Source: an uncultured Actinomycetota bacterium (lineage in GTDB: Bacteria; Actinomycetota; Acidimicrobiia; Spongiisociales; UBA5794). From it: a stretch of DNA of 64,000 nt. Where the stretch lies: contig CAVOXF010000002.1 in NCBI GenBank assembly GCA_963700375.1, positions 198,041 to 262,040 of the forward strand, in the 5' to 3' direction. The position numbers and the translations under genes were made by a program. Every line of letters begins with the position of its first letter. Positions within the stretch are counted from its first letter, which is position 1. Below, piece by piece: positions 9,392 through 20,500 of the stretch. The notes under the pieces were generated by a model. It saw only the letters and a list, made by a program, of their open reading frames with translations, was not told the DNA's origin and did not search any database.

Positions 9392-9701
9392 GAACCCTCC
9401 GACCGACGGGATCGGCCAATCCTATCGAGATGGGCGACACGCTTGATCGACCCCTGCCGGGGAAGCGGGCTGTCGGCGGTCGAACCGGGGCTGATTCCCA
9501 TTCACCTTCAAGTCGAGGTTGAAGGTCCTTGGCTGCCCTGAGAACTAGTTCGCGGGATCCCGCGTGCCATGGGCCAATCGACACCCTTCAGGTTGTCTGA
9601 GTAGCAACCGATAACCAACGCTGACCGCGGGACGGGCGTGTGCCTACGGACTGCGGGAGGTTCCGGGAACGTATCGCCGAGTTGGGGTCAGAAACCACGC
9701 C

Positions 9702-12700
9702 ATGCACAGTCTCCGTCGACACCGCTCCGCCGTCTCGTTCGGCGCAGCCTTCTTCATGATTGCCCGTCTGCTGGTCGTCGTAGCAGCCACCGGCTTGCTC
9801 GCGGTCCAAAGCGCGGCCCCTGCATCCGCAGAACCGACCCCCGGGGTCTGTATCACGATCGCGGACTCGGGCGGAGGGAACGGCGGCGACGACCTACTGA
9901 CGATCGTCGACCGGATGAACTTCAACGCCTCCACTAACGAGACGAACGTGGGAACAGGAACGGGTACGTACAGCATCGAGGCGATCGCCCGCGATTCCGC
10001 CGGTGTCATGTATGCGACGAATAACGACCAACTGGGGACGATCAACCTGACCACCGGCGTCTTCAGTACTGGTGGCCGCAGTCCAATGGGCACGGGCACC
10101 GGCGCTCAGGGGTCGGTCAACTTCGGCGATGTCGACGGACTGAGCTTCGACCCCTTCACTGGCCTCCTCTACGGCGCCGAGCGGCAAACCGGTCTCGACC
10201 TGCTGGTCGTCATCAACCCGGCGACTGGGCAGGTCGTCGAGGACTTCTTCGGACCCAACGTCGACTACGTCGAGATTCCGGCGCAAGCGGGATTCCGGGA
10301 CATCGACGACATCGCGATCGATCCCTTCGGCGGAACCATGTACGCGGTCGCGAACAACGGCGGCTCCGGTGACCACCTGGTACGGATCGACAAGACAACG
10401 GGTGCCACCACCGACCTCGGCGAGATTGGCGCCGACGATGTCGAGGGCCTCGGCTTCTCCGACACCGGCCAACTCTGGGGTACGACGGGTACAGCGCCGC
10501 TGGGGCTCTATCCCATCGACAAGACCGGTGGCGGATTCCCGCTCTCGGGAACGATTCGGCCGCTCAACAACGGCGCCGATTACGAGTCGGTCGACTGCCG
10601 GACACCGGTGCCCGCGGGAATCAACACGATCACCGGCACCGTCTTTGGTGATGTCGATCAGGACACGCTCTACGGACCCTCCGACTTCCCGGACCCTGGT
10701 GCGGTCGTTCGCCTCTATCTCGATGTGAACAACAACGGCGTGGTTGATTCCGGTGACGTCCTCGTCGACACGGCGACGACCGCCGGTGACGGCACCTACT
10801 CCTTCGAGTTCAACGCCGTTGGAGACTTCGTCCTCAGCGTCGATCCATCTTCGCTTCCGTCCGGTCACACGATGACCACCGACAGCGTCGAGTCGGCGTC
10901 GTTTGCCACTGTCGGGAACACGGATCCCGGCAATGACTTCGGTTGGTACGTTGCTTCGCCGCTCACCATCACCAAGGATGTGGACCCCATCGGAGAGGTC
11001 GCCCCGGGTCAGGTCTTGACGTATACATTGACCGCTGCGAATCTCGACTCGATCAACCACACCGGCATCACGGTGACCGACGCCGTCCCCGCCGGCACCA
11101 CTTACGTGTCGGGTAGCAGCCAGATCACGGCCCCAACCGTCACCGGTGCGGTGACCTTCCGCGATGAGTTCCCGATCGACAACTCCTATGCCGGGAACAA
11201 CAGCACGCCACCTGGGACGAACTGGTCGGGCAGCTGGGTCGAGGAAGGCGAGAGCGATGGTGCCGGTAGCGGTCGTGTTGAGGTGCGCGACGACAGCCCT
11301 CCCGGAACGAGCTACGCCGCGCGTATCGAGAGGGCCGGGTACGGTCTCCTTCGTCAGGCCAACCTGGCGGGATCTACGTCGGCGACCCTCAGTTTCGATA
11401 TCCGACGGGAATCGGTCCGGAATTCGGTGCTCATCGTCGAGATGGGATCATCGGCGTCCGGGCCTTGGGCCGAGGTTGCACGGTTCACGGGCGGGAACAA
11501 TGGTACGACCACCGTCACCGACAGTTCCTATGCGTCGTACACCTTCGCCGTGCCCCCGGCGGCCTTGACAGCGAACGCGAATGTGCGTTTCCGTGAGACG
11601 ACAGCCAACGACAACTTCTACATCGACAACGTGGCGATAGAGGCGGTTGCGCGTTCAGTCACGACCTTCGCCGGAACCCCACCGCCGAACGTTGCCACCG
11701 GCCTCGAGCTTCGACCGACCGAGACTGCGACGATCACCTTCCAGGTCACGGTCGACTCCCTTCCCGGCACACCGTCGATCGACAATCTCGCGTCCGTGAG
11801 CAGCACGCAGAGTCCGATTCCCGCAACCGACACCGCGACGAACGACGTCGAGGTCTCCATCGACGTCACGAAGACCGCAAATCCGACCACCCTGCCGGAG
11901 CCGGGTGGCGATGTCGCCTACACGATCGATATCGTGAACACCTCCGGCATCGCGGTGACGATCAGCGATCTCGATGACGATGTCTTCGGTGATCTGCTCG
12001 ATGCCGGCAACGCCGCCGTCAGCAGCAACACGTGCGCTTCGATGAACCTCGTGATCCCGCCGGCGCAGCCGCGCTCGTGCACGTTCGACGCTGCACTCGT
12101 GGGTGAACCCCCGGCGACCCACGTGAATACGGTGACCGCCACGGCGGGCAACCCGGGCCACGGATCCGATACTGATACGGATGATGAGACGGTGACGTTC
12201 ACGAACGTCGATCCGACGATCACGATCCTCAAGACGGCGAACCCGACCGAACTCCCTGAACCCGGCGGCGAGGTCACGTTCACGGTGCTGGTCACCAATA
12301 CCTCCCCGGTCGAGTCCGTGACCACTACCTCGCTCACTGACAGCCGCTTCGGCGATCTTCTTGGGACCGATGCGGCCCTGACCGGTGGCGCGACCGCGAC
12401 AACCTGCAACGACGCCCCACAGGCTGCGATTGCGCCCAGCGGCACGTTCTCATGCACGATCACCGCCACGCTCACTGGTGAGGCTGGAACCACCCATACG
12501 AATGTCGTGTCGGTAGAGGCGGTCGATGACGACCCGGGGTCGACGCCGGCGACGGCTACTGACAATGCCGATGTGGATTTCACGAACGTCGATCCGACGA
12601 TCACGGTTGACAAGACCGCCAACCCGACGATGCTTCCGGAGCCAGGCGGCGACGTGACGTACACGATCGTCGTGATGAACACCTCGCCCGACGAGACGGT

Positions 12701-14849
12701 CACGCTCACCGACCTGGACGACAACCGGTTCGGCGACCTCCTCGGCTTCGATGCCGACCTGACCGGCGGCGCAACCGAGACATCGTGCAATGACCCGGTT
12801 TCGGCGATCACGATCGCTTCCGGCGGGATCTACCAGTGCACGGTCACCGCGACACTGACCGGGAATGCCGGTGAGACGCACAACAACATTGTGACGGCCG
12901 TCGCCGTCGATGACGATACGGGTTCGACGCCTGCGACTGACAACGGCGACGCCGACGTCGAGTTCACCGATGTTGATCCGGCGATCGTCGTGACGAAGAC
13001 CGCCAATCCGACGGAGCTCCCGGAGTCGGGTGGTGTGGTGACGTTCGCGATTGTGGTGGCGAACGCCTCGCCAGACGAAGCCGTCACCCTCACGGTCCTC
13101 GACGACGACCGATTCGGCGACCTGCTCGGCCTCGATGCCGATCTGACCGGCGGCGCCACGGCGACGTCGTGCAACGATCCAGTGTCGGCGATCACGATCG
13201 CGGCAGGCGGGACATATGAGTGCAGCGTCACCGCGACGCTCACCGGCAATGCCGCAGCAACTCACGTGAACGTCGTGACGGCGACTGCTGTCGACGACGA
13301 GGGCAATCCGGATTCTGATGACGCGACGGAGACGGTGACGTTCACGAATGTTGATCCCTCGATCTCAATCATCAAGACCGCCGGTCCCCTGATCGTGCCG
13401 GAATCCGGTGGCGTCGTGACGTTCGATGTCGAGGTCACCAACGATTCGCCAGACGAGTCCGTGACGGTGACGGCTCTGACCGATGACATGTTTGGTGATC
13501 TGCTCGGTGCCGATGCTGCGTTGACGGGTGGCGCTTCGGCGACCAGTTGTAACGATTCGTTGCCGATCACGATCGCGTCGGGTGGGACGTTCTCGTGCAC
13601 GATCGACGCGACGCTTGCCGGGAATGCTGGTGATACGCATACGAATGTCGTGTCGGTGACGGCGGTTGATGACGATACGGGTTCGACGCCGGCGACCGAT
13701 GACGATGACGCTGTCGTGACGTTCGACAATGTGGATCCGGAGATCACGGTCGTCAAGACGGCGAATCCGACGACGCTTGACGAGTCGGGTGGCGATGTGG
13801 TGTTCACCGTGGTGGTGACGAATGATTCGCCGGATGAGTCGGTGACGATCACCGATCTCGTCGATGACATGTTTGGTGACCTGCTCGGTGCCGATACGGC
13901 ATTGACGGGTGGAGCGACAGCCACGTCGTGCAACGATGGAGCGCAGGCTGCGATCGCGGCCGGAGCAACGTTCACGTGCACGATCGACGCGACGCTTGCC
14001 GGGAACGCTGGCACGACGCACACGAATGTCGTGACCGCGACGGCGGTCGACAACGACACTGGGTCGACGCCCGCGACCGACGATGACGACGCCGACGTGG
14101 ACTTCACGAACGTCGATCCGTCGATTGTCGTGACGAAGACTGCTGATCCGACGTCGCTCGATGAGCCGGGTGGCGATGTCGAGTTCACGGTCGATGTTGA
14201 GAACACGTCGTTCGAGTCCGTGACGGTTACGGATCTTGTCGATGACATGTTTGGCGATCTGCTCGGGACCGATGCTGCGTTGACGGGTGGCGCTTCGGCG
14301 ACCAGTTGTAACGATTCGTTGCCGATCACGATCGCGTCGGGTGGGACGTTCTCGTGCACGATCGACGCGACGCTTGCCGGGAATGCTGGTGATACGCATA
14401 CGAATGTCGTGTCGGTGACGGCGGTTGATGACGATACGGGTTCGACGCCGGCGACCGATGACGATGACGCTGTCGTGACGTTCGACAATGTGGATCCGGA
14501 GATCACGGTCGTCAAGACGGCGAATCCGACGACGCTTGACGAGTCGGGTGGCGATGTGGTGTTCACCGTGGTGGTGACGAATGATTCGCCGGATGAGTCG
14601 GTGACGATCACCGATCTCGTCGATGACATGTTTGGTGACCTGCTCGGTGCCGATACGGCATTGACGGGTGGAGCGACAGCCACGTCGTGCAACGATGGAG
14701 CGCAGGCTGCGATCGCGGCCGGAGCAACGTTCACGTGCACGATCGACGCGACGCTTGCCGGGAACGCTGGCACGACGCACACGAACGTCGTGACCGCGAC
14801 GGCGGTCGACGACGACACGGGTTCGACTCCTGCGACCGACGTTCGATGA
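9702..14849 (+). CDS. Giant LPXTG surface protein, fragment 1 of 5 (signal peptide, head domains, repeats 1-8)
   Basis: Signal peptide MHSLRRHRSAVSFGAAFFMIARLLVVVAATGLLAVQSAAPASA/EP. It is followed by propeller-like blades, an SdrD-B-like module, one DUF11-like module, a jelly-roll-like module and then tandem repeats. The frame ends at a TGA created by an extra G at 14841. Confidence 0.9.
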   Translation: MHSLRRHRSAVSFGAAFFMIARLLVVVAATGLLAVQSAAPASAEPTPGVCITIADSGGGNGGDDLLTIVDRMNFNASTNETNVGTGTGTYSIEAIARDSAGVMYATNNDQLGTINLTTGVFSTGGRSPMGTGTGAQGSVNFGDVDGLSFDPFTGLLYGAERQTGLDLLVVINPATGQVVEDFFGPNVDYVEIPAQAGFRDIDDIAIDPFGGTMYAVANNGGSGDHLVRIDKTTGATTDLGEIGADDVEGLGFSDTGQLWGTTGTAPLGLYPIDKTGGGFPLSGTIRPLNNGADYESVDCRTPVPAGINTITGTVFGDVDQDTLYGPSDFPDPGAVVRLYLDVNNNGVVDSGDVLVDTATTAGDGTYSFEFNAVGDFVLSVDPSSLPSGHTMTTDSVESASFATVGNTDPGNDFGWYVASPLTITKDVDPIGEVAPGQVLTYTLTAANLDSINHTGITVTDAVPAGTTYVSGSSQITAPTVTGAVTFRDEFPIDNSYAGNNSTPPGTNWSGSWVEEGESDGAGSGRVEVRDDSPPGTSYAARIERAGYGLLRQANLAGSTSATLSFDIRRESVRNSVLIVEMGSSASGPWAEVARFTGGNNGTTTVTDSSYASYTFAVPPAALTANANVRFRETTANDNFYIDNVAIEAVARSVTTFAGTPPPNVATGLELRPTETATITFQVTVDSLPGTPSIDNLASVSSTQSPIPATDTATNDVEVSIDVTKTANPTTLPEPGGDVAYTIDIVNTSGIAVTISDLDDDVFGDLLDAGNAAVSSNTCASMNLVIPPAQPRSCTFDAALVGEPPATHVNTVTATAGNPGHGSDTDTDDETVTFTNVDPTITILKTANPTELPEPGGEVTFTVLVTNTSPVESVTTTSLTDSRFGDLLGTDAALTGGATATTCNDAPQAAIAPSGTFSCTITATLTGEAGTTHTNVVSVEAVDDDPGSTPATATDNADVDFTNVDPTITVDKTANPTMLPEPGGDVTYTIVVMNTSPDETVTLTDLDDNRFGDLLGFDADLTGGATETSCNDPVSAITIASGGIYQCTVTATLTGNAGETHNNIVTAVAVDDDTGSTPATDNGDADVEFTDVDPAIVVTKTANPTELPESGGVVTFAIVVANASPDEAVTLTVLDDDRFGDLLGLDADLTGGATATSCNDPVSAITIAAGGTYECSVTATLTGNAAATHVNVVTATAVDDEGNPDSDDATETVTFTNVDPSISIIKTAGPLIVPESGGVVTFDVEVTNDSPDESVTVTALTDDMFGDLLGADAALTGGASATSCNDSLPITIASGGTFSCTIDATLAGNAGDTHTNVVSVTAVDDDTGSTPATDDDDAVVTFDNVDPEITVVKTANPTTLDESGGDVVFTVVVTNDSPDESVTITDLVDDMFGDLLGADTALTGGATATSCNDGAQAAIAAGATFTCTIDATLAGNAGTTHTNVVTATAVDNDTGSTPATDDDDADVDFTNVDPSIVVTKTADPTSLDEPGGDVEFTVDVENTSFESVTVTDLVDDMFGDLLGTDAALTGGASATSCNDSLPITIASGGTFSCTIDATLAGNAGDTHTNVVSVTAVDDDTGSTPATDDDDAVVTFDNVDPEITVVKTANPTTLDESGGDVVFTVVVTNDSPDESVTITDLVDDMFGDLLGADTALTGGATATSCNDGAQAAIAAGATFTCTIDATLAGNAGTTHTNVVTATAVDDDTGSTPATDVR

Positions 14850-14856
14850 TGCCGAC

Positions 14857-15606
14857 GTGGACTTCACGAACGTCGATCCGTCGATTGTCGTGACGAAGAC
14901 TGCTGATCCGACGTCGCTTGATGAGCCGGGTGGCGATGTCGAGTTCACGGTCGATGTTGAGAACACGTCGTTCGAGTCCGTGACGGTTACGGATCTTGTC
15001 GATGACATGTTTGGTGATCTGCTCGGGACCGATGCTGCGTTGACGGGTGGCGCTTCGGCGACCAGTTGTAACGATTCGTTGCCGATCACGATCGCGTCGG
15101 GTGGGACGTTCTCGTGCACGATCGACGCGACGCTTGCCGGGAATGCTGGGATGACGCATACGAATGTCGTGTCGGTGACGGCGGTTGATGACGATACGGG
15201 TTCGACGCCGGCGACCGATGACGATGACGCTGTCGTGACGTTCGACAATGTGGATCCGGAGATCACGGTCGTCAAGACGGCGAATCCGACGACGCTTGAC
15301 GAGTCGGGTGGCGATGTGGTGTTCACCGTGGTGGTGACGAATGATTCGCCGGATGAGTCGGTGACGATCACCGATCTCGTCGATGACATGTTTGGTGACC
15401 TGCTCGGTGCCGATACGGCATTGACGGGTGGAGCGACAGCCACGTCGTGCAACGATGGAGCGCAGGCTGCGATCGCGGCCGGAGCAACGTTCACGTGCAC
15501 GATTGACGCGACGCTTGCCGGGAACGCTGGCACGACGCACACGAATGTCGTGACCGCCACCGCGGTCGACAACGACACTGGGTTCGACGCCCGCGACCGA
15601 CGATGA
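14857..15606 (+). CDS. Giant LPXTG surface protein, fragment 2 of 5 (the start codon is artefactual)
   Basis: The repeat units (NVDPSIVVTKTADPTSLDEPGG..., NVDPEITVVKTANPTTLDESGG...) continue in the +1 frame. The fragment ends after an extra T at about 15583. Confidence 0.85.
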   Translation: MDFTNVDPSIVVTKTADPTSLDEPGGDVEFTVDVENTSFESVTVTDLVDDMFGDLLGTDAALTGGASATSCNDSLPITIASGGTFSCTIDATLAGNAGMTHTNVVSVTAVDDDTGSTPATDDDDAVVTFDNVDPEITVVKTANPTTLDESGGDVVFTVVVTNDSPDESVTITDLVDDMFGDLLGADTALTGGATATSCNDGAQAAIAAGATFTCTIDATLAGNAGTTHTNVVTATAVDNDTGFDARDRR

Positions 15607-15616
15607 CGACGCCGAC

Positions 15617-16984
15617 GTGGACTTCACGAACGTCGATCCGACCATCACGGTCGACAAGACCGCCGACCCGACCTATCTGCTCGAGCCGGGTGGCGACGTC
15701 GAATTCACCGTGGTGGTGACGAACGACTCGCCGGATGAGTCGGTGACGATCACCGATCTCGTCGATGACATGTTTGGTGACCTGCTCGGTGCCGATACGG
15801 CCCTGACGGGTGGCGCTTCGGCGACGTCGTGCAACGACGGCGTGTCGGCGATCACGATCGCGTCGGGTGGCACGTTCACCTGCACGATCACCGCAAGCCT
15901 CACGGGTGATGCCGGGACGACGCATACGAACGTTGTGACCGCCACGGCGATCGACAACGACACCGGTTCGACTCCTGCGACCGACTTCGATGATGCCGAC
16001 GTCGACTTCACGAACGATGATCCGTCGGTCTCGATCGAGAAGACGGCGAATCCGACGACGCTGCCCGAGCCGGGTGGCGACGTGGTGTTCACCGTGGTCG
16101 TGACGAACGACTCGCCGGATGAGTCGGTGACGATCACCGATCTCGTCGATGACATGTTTGGTGACCTGCTCGGTGCCGATACGGCCCTGACGGGTGGCGC
16201 TTCGGCGACGTCGTGCAACGACGGCGTGTCGGCGATCACGATCGCGTCGGGTGGCACGTTCACCTGCACGATCACCGCAAGCCTCACGGGTGATGCCGGG
16301 ACGACGCATACGAATGTCGTGTCGGTGACGGCGGTTGATGACGATACGGGTTCGACTCCTGCGACCGACTTCGATGATGCCGACGTGGACTTCACGAACG
16401 TCGATCCGACCATCACGGTCGACAAGACCGCCGACCCGACCTATCTGCTCGAGCCGGGTGGCGATGTGGTGTTCACCGTGGTGGTGACGAACGACTCGCC
16501 GGATGAGTCGGTGACGATCACCGATCTCGTCGATGACATGTTTGGTGACCTGCTCGGTGCCGATACGGCATTGACGGGTGGAGCGACAGCCACGTCGTGC
16601 AACGACGGCGTGTCGGCGATCACGATCGCGTCGGGTGGCACGTTCACCTGCACGATCACCGCGACGCTTGCCGGGAACGCTGGCACGACGCACACGAATG
16701 TCGTGACCGCCACGGCGATCGACAACGACACCGGTTCGACTCCTGCGACCGACTTCGATGATGCCGACGTGGACTTCACGAACGTCGATCCGTCGATTGT
16801 CGTGACGAAGACTGCTGATCCGACGTCGCTTGATGAGCCGGGTGGCGATGTCGAGTTCACGGTCGATGTTGAGAACACGTCGTTCGAGTCCGTGACGGTT
16901 ACGGATCTTGTCGATGACATGTTTGGTGATCTCGCTCGGGACCGATGCTGCGTTGACGGGTGGCGCTTCGGCGACCAGTTGTAA
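15617..16984 (+). CDS. Giant LPXTG surface protein, fragment 3 of 5
   Basis: Repeat units continue (NVDPTITVDKTADPTYLLEPGG...). The fragment is terminated after an extra C at 16933. Confidence 0.85.
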   Translation: MDFTNVDPTITVDKTADPTYLLEPGGDVEFTVVVTNDSPDESVTITDLVDDMFGDLLGADTALTGGASATSCNDGVSAITIASGGTFTCTITASLTGDAGTTHTNVVTATAIDNDTGSTPATDFDDADVDFTNDDPSVSIEKTANPTTLPEPGGDVVFTVVVTNDSPDESVTITDLVDDMFGDLLGADTALTGGASATSCNDGVSAITIASGGTFTCTITASLTGDAGTTHTNVVSVTAVDDDTGSTPATDFDDADVDFTNVDPTITVDKTADPTYLLEPGGDVVFTVVVTNDSPDESVTITDLVDDMFGDLLGADTALTGGATATSCNDGVSAITIASGGTFTCTITATLAGNAGTTHTNVVTATAIDNDTGSTPATDFDDADVDFTNVDPSIVVTKTADPTSLDEPGGDVEFTVDVENTSFESVTVTDLVDDMFGDLARDRCCVDGWRFGDQL

Positions 16985-17580
16985 CGATTCGTTGCCGATC
17001 ACGATCGCGTCGGGTGGGACGTTCATCGTGCACGATCGACGCGACGCTTGCCGGGAACGCTGGCACGACGCATACGAATGTTGTGACCGTGACGGCGATC
17101 GACAACGATACGGGTTCGACGCCGGCGACCGATGACGATGACGCTGTCGTGACGTTCGACAATGTGGATCCGGAGATCACGGTCGTCAAGACGGCGAATC
17201 CGACGACGCTTGACGAGTCGGGTGGCGATGTGGTGTTCACCGTGGTGGTGACGAATGATTCGCCGGATGAGTCCGTGACGATCACCGATCTCGTCGATGA
17301 CATGTTTGGTGACCTGCTCGGTGCCGATACGGCATTGACGGGTGGAGCGACAGCCACGTCGTGCAACGATGGAGCGCAGGCTGCGATCGCGGCCGGAGCA
17401 ACGTTCACGTGCACGATCGACGCGACGCTTGCCGGGAACGCTGGCACGACGCACACGAATGTCGTGACCGCCACGGCGGTCGACAACGACACTGGGTCGA
17501 CGCCCGCGACCGACGATCGACGACGCCGACGTGGACTTCACGAACGTCGATCCGTCGATTGTCGTGACGAAGACTGCTGA
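16960..17580 (+). CDS. Giant LPXTG surface protein, fragment 4 of 5
   Basis: The repeat frame resumes after an extra A at 17025; residues 16934-17024 read in the third frame (track ORF 16908-17135). The fragment ends after an extra C at 17518. Confidence 0.8.
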   Translation: MALRRPVVTIRCRSRSRRVGRSSCTIDATLAGNAGTTHTNVVTVTAIDNDTGSTPATDDDDAVVTFDNVDPEITVVKTANPTTLDESGGDVVFTVVVTNDSPDESVTITDLVDDMFGDLLGADTALTGGATATSCNDGAQAAIAAGATFTCTIDATLAGNAGTTHTNVVTATAVDNDTGSTPATDDRRRRRGLHERRSVDCRDEDC

Positions 17581-20500
17581 TCCGACGTCGCTCGATGAGC
17601 CGGGTGGCGATGTCGAGTTCACGGTCGATGTTGAGAACACGTCGTTCGAGTCCGTGACGGTTACGGATCTTGTCGATGACATGTTTGGCAATCTCCTCGG
17701 GACCGATGCTGCGTTGACGGGTGGCGCTTCGGCGACCAGTTGTAACGATTCGTTGCCGATCACGATCGCGTCGGGTGGGACGTTCTCGTGCACGATCGAC
17801 GCGACGCTTGCCGGGAATGCTGGTGATACGCATACGAATGTCGTGTCGGTGACGGCGGTTGATGACGATACGGGTTCGACGCCGGCGACCGATGACGATG
17901 ACGCTGTCGTGACGTTCGACAATGTGGATCCGGAGATCACGGTCGTCAAGACGGCGAATCCGACGACGCTTGACGAGTCGGGTGGCGATGTGGTGTTCAC
18001 CGTGGTGGTGACGAATGATTCGCCGGATGAGTCGGTGACGATCACCGATCTCGTCGATGACCGCTTCGGTGACCTGCTCGGTGCCGATACGGCATTGACG
18101 GGTGGCGCTTCAGCGACGCGTTGCAACGATTCGTTGCCGATCACGATCGCGTCGGGTGTCACGTTCACCTGCACGATCGACGCGACGCTTGCCGGGAACG
18201 CTGGCACGACGCACACGAACGTCGTGACCGTGACGGCGGTTGATGACGATACGGGTTCGACTCCGGCGACCGATGACGATGACGCTGTCGTGACGTTCGA
18301 CAATGTGGATCCGGAGATCACGGTCGTGACGAAGACGGCGAATCCGACGACGCTTGACGAGTCGGGTGGCGATGTGGTGTTCACCGTGGTCGTGACGAAT
18401 GATTCGCCGGATGAGTCGGTGACGATCACCGATCTCGTCGATGACATGTTTGGTGACCTGCTCGGTGCCGATACGGCATTGACGGGTGGAGCGACAGCCA
18501 CGTCGTGCAACGATGGAGCGCAGGCTGCGATCGCGGCCGGAGCAACGTTCACGTGCACCATTGACGCGACGCTTGCCGGGAACGCTGGCACGACGCACAC
18601 GAATGTCGTGACCGCGACGGCGATCGACAACGACACTGGGTCGACGCCCGCGACCGACGATGACGACGCTGTCGTGACGTTCGACAACGTCGACCCGACG
18701 ATCGAGGTCATCAAGACCGCATCTCCGACGAACCTGCCGGAGCCCGGTGGCGACGTCACCTATACCGTCCGAGTCCGGAATACCTCGGTCGAACCAGTGA
18801 CAATCACTGCCTTGACGGATGACCGCTTCGGCAATCTCCTCGGACTCGATGCAAACCTCACTGGCGGCGCTTCGGCGACCAGCTGCAACGACGCTCCGCA
18901 GGCTCCGATCGCGGTCGGCGGCACATTCACCTGCACCATCGACGCAGCGTTGGTCGGCGCGGACGGCGGTTCGCACGTCAACGTTGTCATGGCAACGGCT
19001 GTCGACAACGATCCGGGATCGACGCCGGCAACCGACGATGACGATGCAACAGTCAACTTCGGGCCCAGCGACCTGCCGAGTATCGTCGTGACGAAGACCG
19101 CCAACCCGACGTCGTTGGCGGAACCGGGTGGCGACGTGACCTTCACGGTCTCCGTCGAGAACACATCGGTTGAGACGCTCACTATCACGGACCTGTCCGA
19201 CAACCGGTTCGGCGACCTGTTGGGCCTCGACGCAGCCCTCACCGGCGGCGCGACCGCCACGACCTGCAACGACGCACTGCCGATCGACATCGATGCTTCG
19301 GACACCTTCACCTGCACGATCGACGCGACCCTTGCCGGCGACGCGGGCGACACACACGACAACACCGTGTCCGCGACCGTCGAGGACACCGACGCGAATG
19401 AGGCGACCGAGACGGACGACGCCACGGTCACATTCACGGACGTGCTGCCGACGATCACGGTCGACAAGACCGCCAATCCCACGACGCTCGACGAGCCGGG
19501 TGGGGACGTTCTGTTCACCGTGGTGGTGACGAATACGTCGGTTGAGCCGGTGACGATCACCGGCCTCGTCGACAGCCGCTTCGGCAACCTGCTCGGACCG
19601 GATGCAAACCTCACTGGCGGCGCGACTGCGACGTCGTGCAACGACGCACCGCAGGCTCCGCTCCCCGTCTCGGGCACGTTCACCTGCACGATCGGTGCGA
19701 CACTGACCGGTGACGCCGGCCAGACCCACGACAACGTCGTGCTGGCGACCGCAGTCGACAATGAGAACAACCCGGCGGCCGATGCGGATGGCGCAACGGT
19801 GACGTTCATCGACGCACTGCCGACGATCGAGGTGACGAAGGCGGCCAACCCCACAACGCTGGCCGAGCCGGGTGGCGATGTGACCTTCACCGTTCAGGTG
19901 AGAAACACCTCGGTTGAGACGCTCACTATCACGGACCTGTCCGACAACCGGTTCGGCGATCTGCTGGATATCGATGCCAACCTCACGGGCGGCGCCTCCG
20001 CCACGTCGTGCAATGATGCGCCGCAGGCACCGATTGCCGTTGGTGGCACATTCACGTGCACGATCGACGCCACCCTCGCCGGCGACGCCGGCCAGACGCA
20101 CGAGAACATCGTGTCTGCGACCGCCGTCGACAACGAGAACAACCCGGCAACCGACGACGCCACGGAGACCGTGACGTTCACGAACGTCGACCCGACCATC
20201 CTCGTGACGAAGACCCCGGCTCCGGCGTCGGTGCCAGAGACCGGCGGCAATGTCGTGTTCACGGTCCAGGTCGAGAACACGTCGATCGAGCCGGTGACGA
20301 CCACCGTTCTCTCCGACGACCAGTTCGGGAACCTGTTGGGGCTCGACACGGCGCTGACCGGCGGAGCGACGGCGACGTCGTGCAACGGTTCGTTGCCAAT
20401 CACGATCGCCGTCGGTGGGACCTTCACTTGCACGATCGATGCCACCCTGTCCGGTGACGTGGGCGACACGCACACCAACGTCGTCTCCGCGACCGCCATC

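Larger units (their letters stand above)
13450..18690 (+). repeat. Near-identical core of the array: 759-nt (two-unit) super-repeat
   Basis: The anchor ACTTCACGAACGTCGATCCG recurs at 14101, 14861 and 15621, spaced 760 nt (759 plus one inserted base each). It also occurs at 16773 and 17535, spaced 762 nt (759 plus three inserted bases). Long stretches are identical at the nucleotide level. Confidence 0.85.

Noticed and set aside
9392-9701. c-di-GMP or other riboswitch upstream of the adhesin-like gene
   Set aside because: I could not find the conserved GEMM-type or any other riboswitch core sequence by eye. Only generic hairpins and a palindrome are present, so it is kept as a low-interest structural note.
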